Positions 49,047 to 62,434 of a DNA stretch of 64,000 nt are shown piece by piece (within the stretch, counting starts at the first letter, position 1; every line of letters begins with the position of its first letter). The stretch lies in contig MCFE01000006.1 of assembly GCA_002104905.1 (NCBI GenBank), forward strand, positions 62,001-126,000, written 5' to 3'. Source of the stretch: Basidiobolus meristosporus CBS 931.73 (Eukaryota; Fungi; Basidiobolomycota). The notes under the pieces are model-generated. The model was not told the origin of the DNA and made no database searches. It was given only the letters and a program-made list of their open reading frames with translations. Made by a program: the position numbers and the translations under genes.

Positions 49047-51025
49047 TCAAATACGACTGGCGGCACATGTGTTGGGTGGTTGTCCGAATTGACGGGTTTC
49101 TACACCTTTGGGATCCTGAAGATACGACAGCGTAGGGGGATTAGCAATAGGGAGAATATCGTTTGCACCAATTCCGCATATCGTTGATGTCTGGTTTCTA
49201 TCCGCCACACCACAGAACATGAAGGGGATGTTCGGGTCTGAGTAAGTCCCTATGAGACGTGGGTAATATGCCACGAAGTGCATACACATCTCATTATAGG
49301 AAGCAATTCCGAACTCCACTTCAGTTGCATTCGGTGCCAAGCTGGGGAATTTGTTTACAGATGTGTCATATCTAAAAGGGATGTCCGTTAACGTTTTACA
49401 TTGCGGTTAACAGAAACTTCGACTTGACACTTACACACAATGTGTGTTGATGCGATCACCCGGTCGGATCCAGAAGTCGTTGATTTTGTGGATTTTTTGG
49501 AAATCGAACTCCCAGAACTCTGAAAGATCCATTACCACACTCTGATTACCTCCCACATTACCAATAACTCGGGGGTTGACTCCTTTATCCGAAGTATTAC
49601 TACTAGTTACTGTACTCCATATTTGAGTTCCGTAGCTGTGCATGTGAGGCATGGAGGCGAAAACTCGCGCTTCGTGCGGCCAGATGTTTGTACACTCACC
49701 AGGACAAGTATACTGGAACTCGGTCGGCTCAGTCTTACCTATCGCCATAGGAGGGGATACTACTAATGGATCACCTAATACAACCCACCCTGCATCATAT
49801 TGGCGCTTTTTAGAGGTATAATGAATCGACACACCAGTTTCGTCAGTCATGTTTGGGTCGGCTCCTGTTGGATTGTTATAGTGTGTTTGAATTACAACAT
49901 ATTTTGTAGTGTATGGGTCGCTGCTATCACCAAAAGGCAACCCTGCTTCAGCTGGATAGTTCAGAACTCCAGTTCCCACTGCCCATCTAGAGTCTGAGTT
50001 AGACACAAGCCTCAAAAGTCAGATATACCTCACATTCTTACCCATAAACGAAGCCATAACAGCCACTCATTCCTTCCGTATGATCATTGGAGTTGCTTGA
50101 GGCGCAAACCGTAGGGTTATTCAATACTTTCTGAAAGAAATTGTCATTCGAACATATGTAGACCAACATATGATGGACGTATTTTGACCCAATAATTGGT
50201 GCAACAGAGATAATGTGGCCAGAAGTATCTGTAGAGTTTGCTAACGGATCAAATATGAACCCAGTACAAGAATAAAGTGTAGGTTCCGCTGAGAGTTTGA
50301 AGGGTGGTGCTGTATAATTGAACACTTGCACCTCTGGGGTAGAATCTACAGGGCTTGAATCCTCGTCTCCAAAAAAGACAACCTCGGTGTACCCACGGTT
50401 ATCTCCATGGTAGGAAATATCCGTCATACCGTTTTCTCCATATGCATAAACGATTGAGACAGAGCCATTGGTAACTACTCTGTCTTGTGAATCGCTTGTA
50501 TTTAACGGGCGCGTAAATTCCACTAGAGTTTGTCCATCTGCTGTTTGGAACCCAAAATTTGGTACATAGTTCTGACAGTCATCAGGTGGTGGCAATGCCT
50601 TTTTCGTAGCATAACGGTCTGTCATGATCGTAGTGAAGTAAGTGTCATTCTTTGTGACAGATGCAGTCACAACATCCGATCCTGGCATTCCCCCTGTTTC
50701 TGGTTCAGAAAAACCAAACCCAATCCTAGGAATAGTCAAGGTTATTGATTTATTTCAGAAAGACAGCCTGTCAAACCAGAGCCTACCATCCAGTAGTGTT
50801 GACTTGCAGAAGTATGGTAATGGAAGCAGGTTGATTTTGCTGATCAACATGCCAATGGATTGTGTACTTGTCAGGTATTACCGATACTGACTTGGTGTAT
50901 TTGGTCCACTCCACATTGGCAGCAGAAGTGGAGGTGTAGGCAATCAGCGGATCACCTGCAAAACAATATGGGAGGATGGCAAGAGCAAAATAAATGCTTC
51001 TGGTCATGAAGTAGTGGAATGACAT
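49047..51025 (-). CDS. Secreted DOMON + copper type II ascorbate-dependent monooxygenase (DBH/MOXD1-like); 4 exons
   Basis: Signal peptide; DOMON YTIHWHV..TTGW|IGFGFSE..GGMPGSDVVTA..DRYA..VEFTRPLNT.D.QD; YVHHMLVY; YG|WAVG; IQTHYNNP; MPHMHSYG; NEMCMHF..YYP. Confidence 0.93.
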
Positions 51026-53072
51026 GGTTCCCAAGCCTGGTGGTAGAGAATAGAGCCTGAATTTATTGAGTGTGTAATTAAGAGACATGCCTCTTATATG
51101 CTGTGAAAAGAAGTCTTGGCAATGGAAAAGAGAAGCCTCGCATATTATTGGAGAGCTCGAATCCGTTCAGCAGCTGCTGATCATCATAAGCTCGAACAGT
51201 AAACTAGGTGTATTTCTGATATTGGCAGCGCAAATAACTCGAAACCTTCTTGGCAGCTGGGCTAGGTAAATTGAAACAGATCGAACGAAAGTGAGTAGAC
51301 TAGAGTACGCTTTTACCAATTAAACTGGAACATTATTAGGATTTCCGTAGCCATTCGGTAGCTAATGGGCAGGTTGATCCCCACGAAACATGAACTGACA
51401 ATGCAGTGCTCAAGAGTCAGATTAGAGATGGGATCTTTAAATGAAATACTCTAATACTTGATTCAATAGCGCCCACCCATTTTTTTGTGCACACGGTCAT
51501 TGATTGCCATTCCGAGGATGCCAGGGATCTCAGCTATAGGAATGAATGTAACATTTTACAGTGTACATGCCATAGGTCCAGCTAATCACTACAAAGAAGG
51601 ATTAGAGTTGTCGAGAAAGCACTCTGGGGTCGAGGGTTTCTCCAGTAAATTTCTGCTCTGATGTTGGTCAGTTGTTATTAGCGGATGTGCGGAGGTTATC
51701 CCGCTACCAGAGTGGATTGGGCGTGCTTTTGAGACATGATCAGCTCATGATCATGAATAGAAGGTTCGACGATTCATACATATATATCCCTACTATAAGA
51801 AAGCATGCAGACGACACGTTATGCCCACTGGAGTTGATGGTACTTATTGGATCAAGATATAATTCTTGAACAAGGTCTAGTAGATCTACTTCGCCATCAG
51901 TGTAGCCACACGCTAATGTACTGCATTATTGGAAAATGTTGTGCGGGCTGAAATGTAAGAAATGTCTGACGCATAGGTTAGCGGCCGTAGTTTTCGAATA
52001 ACTTCAAGCAGGTCCATGATTGGTTGTGGTACGTTCATAGCTATCCCACCGACAGTCCCAACGTGGTGGCTTTGCAAATTCGGACTTTCGGACAGCCGTA
52101 GGGACGCTATTCGACATAACGTTAACAGCGGTACTGGCCTGGCAAAATCGGTATGACTGGGTCACCAATCAAAGTTATCATTAGCATGTAAATCCCCCAG
52201 TACTATTCTAGCGTAAGGATCATAGGGTATCGGAAGCTCGAATTCTGCCAAACATACATCTTGAAGCCACCTGGTATATACGTCTGGTTTGGAAAATAAG
52301 TTCTGTGGATTGCGATTCAAATGGAATACAGGAATATGTGCTGTCAAGTGAATGTGAATACTCCTAATGAAATATCATGTAATTCCAATAGTCTTTTCAA
52401 CATTCTTATTCCTATCCCCATCCTTAGTATGAGATCTTGGCAGGAAGGTATCTTTCTTGTGGGTGGGAGAGCTGAGCATCCGTTTCATGTAGCCGAAATT
52501 CGAAGATTATCAGCTTAATTTCGAAGCATATTTTAGTATTTCGTCAAACCTGGGCTAGTATCAGTAAAATTAACAAGACTGCCTTTTCCCAAATCTTCAA
52601 CGAAGGTACTTCATGTTAAATGGGAAAACAAAGCAGCTATGACCAAAGCTTTTTTATTAAGCCACACATCACGAACTCGAATCCATAAATACTTCTGAAT
52701 CATATGCTTTGATGTTCAATTGATGTCATACTTTATTATATTGGGCCTGTGCCTTTAAGCCGTTGAGTTGTACCGGGAATCTCATCCTTCTTGTCTGCAT
52801 TCCATGATAATGCGCCTGTGGGTCATCGTAAACCATCGAGGGTCTGCAATAAATATGGCCAAGGTACAAAGAGAAGTTCATTTTATAAATCCGCCTGTTT
52901 TATCAATCCAGCATGCTCAATACTCTTGTGCTGCAAAAGTAATTGACTTTCCTTCTTAACCACTATAATTGACATCAACACTCCAGCAAATACTCCTTAC
53001 ATACCATTAATCGATGTTGAATCATCGATGTCATTGAAGGATCCTGCCCATCAGGCCGCTTCATCTTTCTGT

Positions 53073-53842
53073 CTACTCTACCTCACGACAGATAATATGT
53101 ACGCCACTAGGCGTCAGTATAAGTGGACTTATCTCTCCAATGCGAAGCATGAAAGCGATGCAATCAAAAGCTTTGGACATCGTTCCTCTCTTCAAGTGCA
53201 TTATTCCACCATGTACTGCACTGATACAATCAGAGTCCTTTGCGGCCACCTCTTCGAATTTGGCTCGATTATGGACTAATAACTCACGAATATTCTTTGC
53301 CATTTCTAGTGCTTCGCTTTTGGTCCTAATGATTTTATCCTTTCGCCATATTACAGCATGGTGGATGTTAGAGCAATTTCAAGAGCAGTCTTGTTTGTTA
53401 GATCTACCTTTTTCCAGTTGGTTGGATCTTCAGAATATTTGTGCTTGATCAGTATGTGCTTCAAAAGTATTTGATCGTTACCCAGCTCTTCAACAGGGAA
53501 AGCAATTGGTTCTATATGATCAGAGGACACATTTGAGTGGTGGGGATGACGCTTTTTATACGATCCCGCCCAGTTCTCATCACTTTGCGGCAAGGGTCGT
53601 TTGAACTGCCGAGGATTAGGTTGCACTGGTTGGCTGTGATGAGAACCACGTCGATCAGGTACCCTCGGAGCTGAGGCATGTCGCCCTTGTTCGAATCGGT
53701 GCTTTATCGGCTCTGGTGGCTCCCAGCGACTTTCCGATGTTTTGGTGTTGAAGTAATAAATTCTATTGTGAGTCCGCGAATGAAGCATCTGCCAAAATTC
53801 CGGGAGTTGGGAATTCGATATCAACGCTTCTTTCATACTCAT
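53073..53842 (-). CDS. Divergent Pin1/Ess1-like WW + parvulin PPIase; 2 exons
   Basis: WW LPEFWQMLHSRTHNRIYYFNTKTSESRWEPP; PPIase HILIKHKYSEDPTNWKK|DKIIRTKSEAL..SDCISA..RGTMSKAF..SGVHII. Confidence 0.9.
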
Positions 53843-54935
53843 AATCTTACTCGCAGATACGTTTGTGGCGCGATCTAGGTTCGATTCCCTTCGTCAAGTA
53901 TATAGCTCCTCGCTAGGTAGTTGTTTTATATAGAGTTGGGGAATTTCTACAACCCAACCATCATCAATTTTATCATAGGTTCGTATATCCATCATCCCTT
54001 CAGACACATTTTAAGATTACTCTGTATATCATCGGATCAATCAATCTGTTGGTGTGAGCAACGTAACTATATTGAAGGCCACTTGACCGTCAAGAATGTT
54101 GGTCACAAAGAATAGCACTGCACCGCACTCGAATGAATCATCATCAATGCGCCATCTACATTGAATTACGGTGGGGCATTTCTCCGTTGGCTCTGGAATT
54201 CAACAAGGCCGCCTCAACTTCACAATGTTTTGTCAAGTCCATTTCTGAATGTGTGTAGGTGCATGATTAGTCTATAGATTTGTTTTATAGCATTGCAACC
54301 TCTCATCCATCGCTAGGTAACTCAACATGATGTAAGGTTCTCTACACTGATCCAACACTCGATTCCGTCCAAAACACCTAGGCATTCTTTCGGCTTCTGT
54401 GGCTAGGCGGGATGTTGGATGGAATGAATGCATCTAGGATGAGGGTTTCATATATTATAATAGCTGGAGATCGGTTTTGCAGAGTAATTTCGAGGATATT
54501 CCTATCTTATGAAAGGTAGAGAACACCGAGTTTTCGACCTGTTCAGGTCTCTACGAGCCATTATAACACAAGCCTACCCTTAGTTCTACCTGCCCCTGAC
54601 CACGGATCCCTAGATCACGGCCCAGACAAGTTACTAACACGTCATTATTGTTGGAGCAAAAGGGATTGAGACCATAGTGCTTCTGTTTTCTCAACATTCC
54701 TAATACGAAGAACATTCATTCCCAAAACAAATCATTGATTAATTTCGAATATTGACCAACACCTGGCACCCTAAGCTGTATTCATACCTGCTCTTAATCA
54801 CGGGCACTTGCAAAGCCAAACCAATTTCTAGATATCCAACGTTACTAAAAAATATTTTCAATGAAAATAAATTACTGTGCCCTTTTTTGAACTGATACTC
54901 TTAATACCTCCCGTAATATAATATTCCTCTCGAAC

Positions 54936-55500
54936 ATGACTAACCTTCCTGACCACTATGCAACCCTTGGAATCTCCGAGCTAGCCACACAAGAAGAAAT
55001 CAAAAAACAATACCAGCGTCTTGTATTGAAGGTGAGTGTTCAACCTCTATCTTCTTGGTAGGTTGAACGTTTTAATGAAACGTAATATAGCATCACCCAG
55101 ACAAATTACAACAAGAAAATAGCGGCCCCCAAGATGGGGAAGAATTCCGGAAGATCTCTGAAGCATGGAATGTCCTCAAGGACTCTATCAATAGAGCAAA
55201 CTATGACACTAATCTGAAAGGTATGGCGAGCGTCTTGAAGTAGACTTCTCAGTGGCTAATCCGGTCAATTTCCATGCACCAGCCTTTAGATTGAAACAGC
55301 TGGGTCTGGTTAACGGCGAAATAGATTTGGATGAAATGGAATTTGACGAAGAAACTGAAACATACTACTCACCGTGCCGGTGTAGTGGACATTACAGTAT
55401 ATCTGTGGAGGATCTAGAAAGAGGAGCAGATCTTGCCGCCTGCGAGCAATGTTCCTTGCAAGTTCGTGTATTGTACGAAGTTTTATCAGAAGAGGAATGA
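54936..55500 (+). CDS. DPH4: Diphthamide biosynthesis protein 4 (J-domain + CSL zinc finger); 3 exons
   Basis: HYATLGI..IKKQYQRLVLK|HHPDK..AWNVLKD..RANYD; IDLDEM..YYSPCRCSG..CEQCSL. Confidence 0.95.
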
Positions 55501-56013
55501 GGATTAAAGAAGCCTGACGTGCATATCGAATGTTTACCTATTGGTACATACCTGCAGCTTAGAAGTAACAGAATTTCGCACCAACTATGTAAACAATTAT
55601 ATCATTATAAAATATAGAAATCTAAGGTGTATGATTCCCCACATAGTAAAGAAATAGAAAGCATTTCTGAAGGTATACTGTATGTACTGAACTCAGTAAA
55701 AATCTTTAAGATGCAGAGGTGTATAATTGCTTCGATTTGTACTAATCTCTGCAAATATTATAATCGAGAATACTGTTTCCTACCTCCTACAATTGCACGG
55801 AAATGTACACTGAGGAAGCAGAAAAACATACTCTAAATCATTTTGGTTACTGAGTATTCCCAACCTTAGCTTAATATCCAAAGTCTCAAGACTAATTCAA
55901 TTTTGGGTGGCCAACCAATTGTTAGCTTAAACGAATTTTCCAAGCCATGGGATTCTATTCATCTTAAATACCCTGATTTTACTAGCTCTCACAAACGCGC
56001 AGTTTGTAGAACA

Positions 56014-57422
56014 ATGTCAACTAAGCCTCCGACTCCAGAGTATATATTCCGAGGTCACAACGGCGAAGTAAATTCCCTAACTTTGGCAGGAAATGATCAA
56101 TACCTTTTAACCAGGTTTCTTGAAGATCCCCGTACCTTTCGTTAGTTGATCTCGGACTAACTTTCGATAGTGATCAAAACGGAATTGTTATTATTTGGGA
56201 CTTGAAAGATAAGCGTTCATTGTACAAGTGGCAAGCGCACACTAGTGCCATCCTGTCAATCAGCTTTATCGGAGACCTTGTCATCAGGTAGATTCATTCT
56301 CACACTACACTTTTTTGAAAAGCCTAACAAAACGTTCGCGATTTAGCCAAGGCCGCGAAGGCATCCTGAAAATATGGGATTTCAGGTCTTTATTACAAGG
56401 AGAATCTCAGCCTATACTCGAGCTACCTGTTGAGTCTTTACATTTTTGCAAGTTCAGCGCTATTTCCCATTGTATGCGTATACTCGGTAATCATAATCCC
56501 ATCGGCACAAAACTAATTTACATTAATTATACAGTATCAAAGATGATGATTGCCTATGCCAAAGACCGGGATACGGTGAGGTTCCAACGTAGACAGTAAA
56601 TTTCAAAATTGATGATTCTCATTCAAGCACAGGTAGTAATTGGCGAAGTGCTATCCGGATTGACTTTACATACACTCAAATATGAGGAGGCAGGTGTCGG
56701 TGCGTGCATGTCCCTAAGATTATTTGAAACCAAGGGGCAGTTGATGTTGCTTTGCGGCTATGAAAGTGGGAAAACATCTCTATGGGTAATTGATGAGGAT
56801 AAACCAAGGATGGTTTGGTCCGCTAAAAACCATAACGAGCCAGGTACGAAGCCTGTTTCGGAAGACAATATCGGCGAAAATCTTATTTGATTTGATCTTT
56901 AGTCCTGGCGATAGACGTAAACCAGGAAGCTACGGTCGGAATTTCCGCAGGTGCTGACAGCAATCTAGTCCTCTTTGACTTAAACCAGGTTTGAGACATC
57001 CCATGGTGAAGTCTAGAAATTCATTGCTGAAAAGATACATTGAAGGATAAGCACAGAGTTATTCGTTCGACGCTGATCAAGCATCACGGTGTCTCTGAAG
57101 TTAGATTTCGCTCAGATGGGCGCATAATCGCGACCGCAGGCTGGGACTCAAAGTAAGCAACTATATCAAAGAGGGGAGTCGAGTCTTGGAATTAACATTG
57201 ATTGTTGCAAATCACAGGATAAGAGTATTTTCAACCAAAACGCTGAAGCCACTTGCTATTCTTAATTTCCATCGAGGAAGTATCTATACGGTTGGCTTTA
57301 CTCGAGTCAGGCAGAGCGAGGAACCTACTCGGGAGAAATCTGGCTTAATAGTTGACAAGCCAGAGAACTATCTTGTTGCAGGCTCTAAAGATGGTCGTGT
57401 ATCATGGTGGCAGATCTATTGA
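56014..57422 (+). CDS. ASA1: WD40 protein Asa1/GNB1L (ASTRA-associated), multi-exon
   Basis: PPTPEYIFRGHNGEVNSL, QGREGILKIWD, LHFCKF, GACMSLRL..GYESG, RSDGRIIATAGWDS|RIRVFSTKTLKPLAILNFH, LVAGSKDGRVSWWQIY*. Confidence 0.88.
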
Positions 57423-57632
57423 GACGCAGAGATCAACTTGAGCTTGTACTTTTAAACCAAAACATATTTATATTACATGAATATAATTAAATTGAATTTT
57501 GATCAATCATTACGGTATTATTCTTTAAATCTACCAATTTCCTCAGCGTCATTTTTACTATTCTTGTGAAATTTTGCAAACCACGCCTTGTCCATTCCTC
57601 TTTCGTATTGTATATCATTTCATTCAAGCATA

Positions 57633-58470
<838 letters not shown>

Positions 58471-59046
58471 TATCCGCCCCCATAGAAGAGTTGGTGAATA
58501 TATTTTAATTAAAGATTGCAACGCAACAATCCCACTTTCAAACCAATTTTCTCCGCATCTCATCAAACATTCAACTTAGACCAGAAATACCTTGGTTTGG
58601 GACATGGAGCCAATAAATATATTAATTTTATCTCTTGCATACACTCATACATACGTAATACCAACCAAATACACCCTTGGGCTATACAAGTTGATTAGCT
58701 TATGCAGGAATTCCTTGACGTAACTTCCATATAATACCAGTGAATTACATGAATCGGTCACGCGTCTACCCTAAATTAACATTCTTTCATCCACGTAATT
58801 TTATAGGATACCGCATTGTGAACTGTAATTATATACCGTCTTAATCTGCAAATAATCACTCCGATTTCACATAACATAATAACAACAAACCTTTCGTGAA
58901 ATCTTCCACAAACTCCACACCGATTCCAGCTTTTATAAACAACGTTCTAGTTCGCACTCACCTATTTTTCTCTTTAGTAGCATATACCTTTTATTTCCCA
59001 AGACCTTACACATTGGCCTCTTTGTTAATTTTCTTCTTTAACCCGA

Positions 59047-60129
59047 ATGTTGCAAGAGCCTATGAATAGAGATTCTTTTTCTCCAAAATCTCCCTTGTCA
59101 CCATATCCTCGGCCTCTGCCCAAAACCCCCCTTCAAACACTTAAGGAAGGAAAGAGCAAACCCAGTCCTCCGCCAAAAACCCCAATTCAAAATGGCAATA
59201 CTGTCGAAAATCTTGTTGAGGGGCCTTCTACGGCAACCCTTCCAAGTTCTGACGGAGTGAGAGATTCTCCCCAACCTTCCTTGCCGTGCGACTCAACTAG
59301 CCAGTATCTCCGCCACGTTCAAAATCCGATTCCGGAGGTAGAAGAGCGAAGTGAATCTGATTCGACACCGCAATCCTCACCCAAAAAAGGAGCTTATGGA
59401 AGTCCCGAAGTCAAATCCCCTTCACAAAGCCGCTTGTTCAGTCGTCTCAGTCCGAAACCCCCACGCAGTGCTGAGCCTTTGTCACCAAATCTAACCTCAG
59501 ACGAAGGTTCACCCATCACTTCCCCAAACACGTCACCTGGAATACTGAATCCGCAAGGGAGGATTGCCATCAAACCACCTGGATTAAACGGGGGACGCCG
59601 TTTATCGAAGCCTCTCCCAACACCACGTTCTTTTTCTAGTAATATTGATCCCAAGGTAGCTGAGCTGAAGAGACAGCAAATTCAAATAACCGATCTGCAG
59701 CACCAGCTCGAAGTAGAAAAGGAGATAAATGAGAAGCATCAAGACCAATTGCTCCGTGCAGAGCAGAAAAATAGCGTCCTACAAGATAGGATTCATCAGA
59801 TGCATCAGCAAGAGGAGGTGTATATGGAGCGTATGCGCGAGATGTCGAAAAAAATTGATGCGGCTGATCGATTGATTCAATCACTGAAAGGAGAAAACTC
59901 GATACTAAAAGAGCAGAATGAAATTGAACGAGAGCAAGACAACAAAAATATACAAGATCAGGCACAATATGCCCACCTAGAGCTATTGCGGGTTGCCTCA
60001 ATGGCCGACGAAGGAATTCGCATGTTGCTCAGCAGTGTTCAGGGTGCCAACAATGTAGCACAGCTGCTCAACAGCCTCGGAAAGATTCAGGCTTCCTCGG
60101 ACAAAGAGCGTGATACATCTGGTAATTGA
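59047..60129 (+). CDS. Hypothetical protein: Pro/Ser-rich N-terminus and C-terminal coiled coil, intronless
   Basis: 360-aa ATG-initiated ORF with PRPLPKTP/KPLPTP motifs followed by a heptad-rich Q/E/K region. Confidence 0.8.
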   Translation: MLQEPMNRDSFSPKSPLSPYPRPLPKTPLQTLKEGKSKPSPPPKTPIQNGNTVENLVEGPSTATLPSSDGVRDSPQPSLPCDSTSQYLRHVQNPIPEVEERSESDSTPQSSPKKGAYGSPEVKSPSQSRLFSRLSPKPPRSAEPLSPNLTSDEGSPITSPNTSPGILNPQGRIAIKPPGLNGGRRLSKPLPTPRSFSSNIDPKVAELKRQQIQITDLQHQLEVEKEINEKHQDQLLRAEQKNSVLQDRIHQMHQQEEVYMERMREMSKKIDAADRLIQSLKGENSILKEQNEIEREQDNKNIQDQAQYAHLELLRVASMADEGIRMLLSSVQGANNVAQLLNSLGKIQASSDKERDTSGN

Positions 60130-62434
60130 AACAGAAGTGAGTTATCATCCCATGATATACAATCTCACAATTTTCATAACTTTGTTTGAACTGTTTATAC
60201 TTCCTACTGTTTCCATTTTACGCTCCTGCTTGTGAATACATTCCGCCATTTTCGATAGTACATTTTGATTTCCATAGTCCGTTGATGGAAGATGCCAACA
60301 ATAATTCATCACCAATTTTCATTTAATAAATGGTGTCAGTTACTTGTTCTGTTATCCTATTCCAATCAATAGCTTAGAGATCTTAATTGGTTTGAAAGTT
60401 TCCTTGTGTGTATGGTCGATGCAATGCTGGAGCGGCTAATGAGTCAGATGTGCCGTTAAGTAATCTCCATCGCATGGAGTCCATACGAGAGGTATAGATG
60501 AAAGCATTTTCTCCTGTTTATATGTGGGTCCACATCAATTAAGCCATTTCAATGTGAACGCTCTACCCTCGTTCTGGTCCAAGTTGCTACTATGCTCCTT
60601 TAATAGACATCACGGCGCTAGAAATCATGCATTCCTTGGGCTTTATCTACAGGTAGCATAATGCTACGGCCCTGGCGCTTCGTAGCGATTATGCATGCCA
60701 ACGATTTGCTTATCGCCAACTGGATGGTTAATGTTATCCTCAACCTATAGCTGCGTGGGTAGGTGTAGCATTTGCACTCGAAACAAGTACTCAACCTACT
60801 TGTATGCACTTTATTGTAGATGATATGGCAGGGTATAATGCGGGCAAATGCCGATTGAGGTAGTCTGGAAATAAATGATGCAAGTGCAGGTAAGGCATTA
60901 CTTCACTTCTTCCACGATCCAACCTCGCATTTCACCAATTACAGGCAGTTTAGTGTAACAGGATAGGTTCAGAACCACCTATTTTGCTGAACCCTGAGCG
61001 CACATAATGTGTAGGTTTCTTCTGCATATGGTATCAGCCATGAGCTTCGTATACGTTAGCGGGAATGCACCTGCATCGAAGTCCACCAACGCCGTCATGA
61101 TCGTTGCCTCTACGTGGTAGTAGATCTTTTCAAGTCACATTACCTTTGGTTAGATTAGGTTACTGAGCCCTTTGCGGTAAACCAACGGATGCTTTAATAT
61201 GCGAACTCCCTCTAGCCACTCAATTTGGGTGTTGAGCCTGTGTTGATGCGAAGCATATCATTTAGGGGACTCCCGATAAAAATATACAGCTTCTTTGTTA
61301 GGATTGATTAGATGGGCTTGATATCCATCAAATATAATCATGATAATGCTAGATCTCGTTGCAATGTATACTCTTTGACCAGGCATTTGTGTTGTGGTCA
61401 ATACACTTCATCAAGATGGATAATGGGCTATCCTTCAGTGCTATGGTCATCCAAGAACCACTGGGCATGATTTGAAGTCTATCTGATAGGATTCAAAACA
61501 ATTCCTTGAAATTATAGATTGGCACTTGATGGATATATCTACCTTCGATATCTATAAACAAGCCTTAGCCAATCATCGCCCGCCCTTGCATTGGATCTTT
61601 GCTATTTTGAGGCTCTCTGACATTTACGGATTGGGAATCTGCTGAATTGTTGTGACCGTTAGGTTCAATAGTACCGTTTCAGGCTAATGGAGCTTGCCTC
61701 TCCTTGAACACAATTGGTTAGGCACTATGATGAGCATTCAGGTGGCCAGCGCCGCCAGTCTCGCTACGTACGTACATGTACCAAGCTGGTACATGACTGA
61801 TCGTTCCCAACGTTGGAGTGATGCGTCGTCCACCTTGAATTGCAATGAAAATCTGTCATTAAATATGAATTGCATAGAATTAGTGGTCTTGCAGAACTTC
61901 ATGTAGTAAGTTCCTGCATCCTTTCTATTTAATTGAATCTAATGGTTGGCCTGGTGACATTAATCTATTAGACTGTATATTGGGCGTTTCATACATTGGA
62001 TCAATTAAACTTAAGAATCGACTTAATCTCTACACTATTGAGCGCTAGACGGTGACGGTTGTCATTCCGAAACGGAGAGCAGAAATAGACATCCACCTAA
62101 TTGAAAACAAGTTTTTGATCGATCTTATAAATACTTCAATATACATGAATAGGAGTGCTTATTCATCTCTATTTGAACCCCTTTCAGCTTCCTTTATCCT
62201 GCACGAATTTTTTTACATGGCTTTATAGCCAGACTGCAAGTCTACCAAATTTTCTTTTCTATACTCTTCGTCTTTCTCAACCACACATATACCTAGATAC
62301 ATTCCTGTCACTATTTCTCCAGACCCAATCACTCGTTCAGTTGCACATACTTCTGTGCCAACACGGAAGTCAATTGAGTTGAATTTGAAATTCAGTCAAC
62401 GGTCCTTGACTACGATACTTATTCCTATTCCGAT

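Noticed and set aside
51920-52480. About 190-codon - strand frame broken only by two TGA codons (pseudogene or Sec/readthrough idea)
   Set aside because: No Cys/Sec redox motif, no SECIS seen and no recognisable homology; about one such frame is expected by chance in this much non-coding DNA.
53878-53890. GGTTCGATTCCC tRNA T-loop/B-box-like motif
   Set aside because: The T-stem does not pair beyond 2 bp and no acceptor, D or anticodon arms can be folded.
60618-61110. ALVDFDAG, retropepsin-like motif in an interrupted - strand frame
   Set aside because: Poor match to D[ST]G and no supporting RT or integrase motifs nearby.
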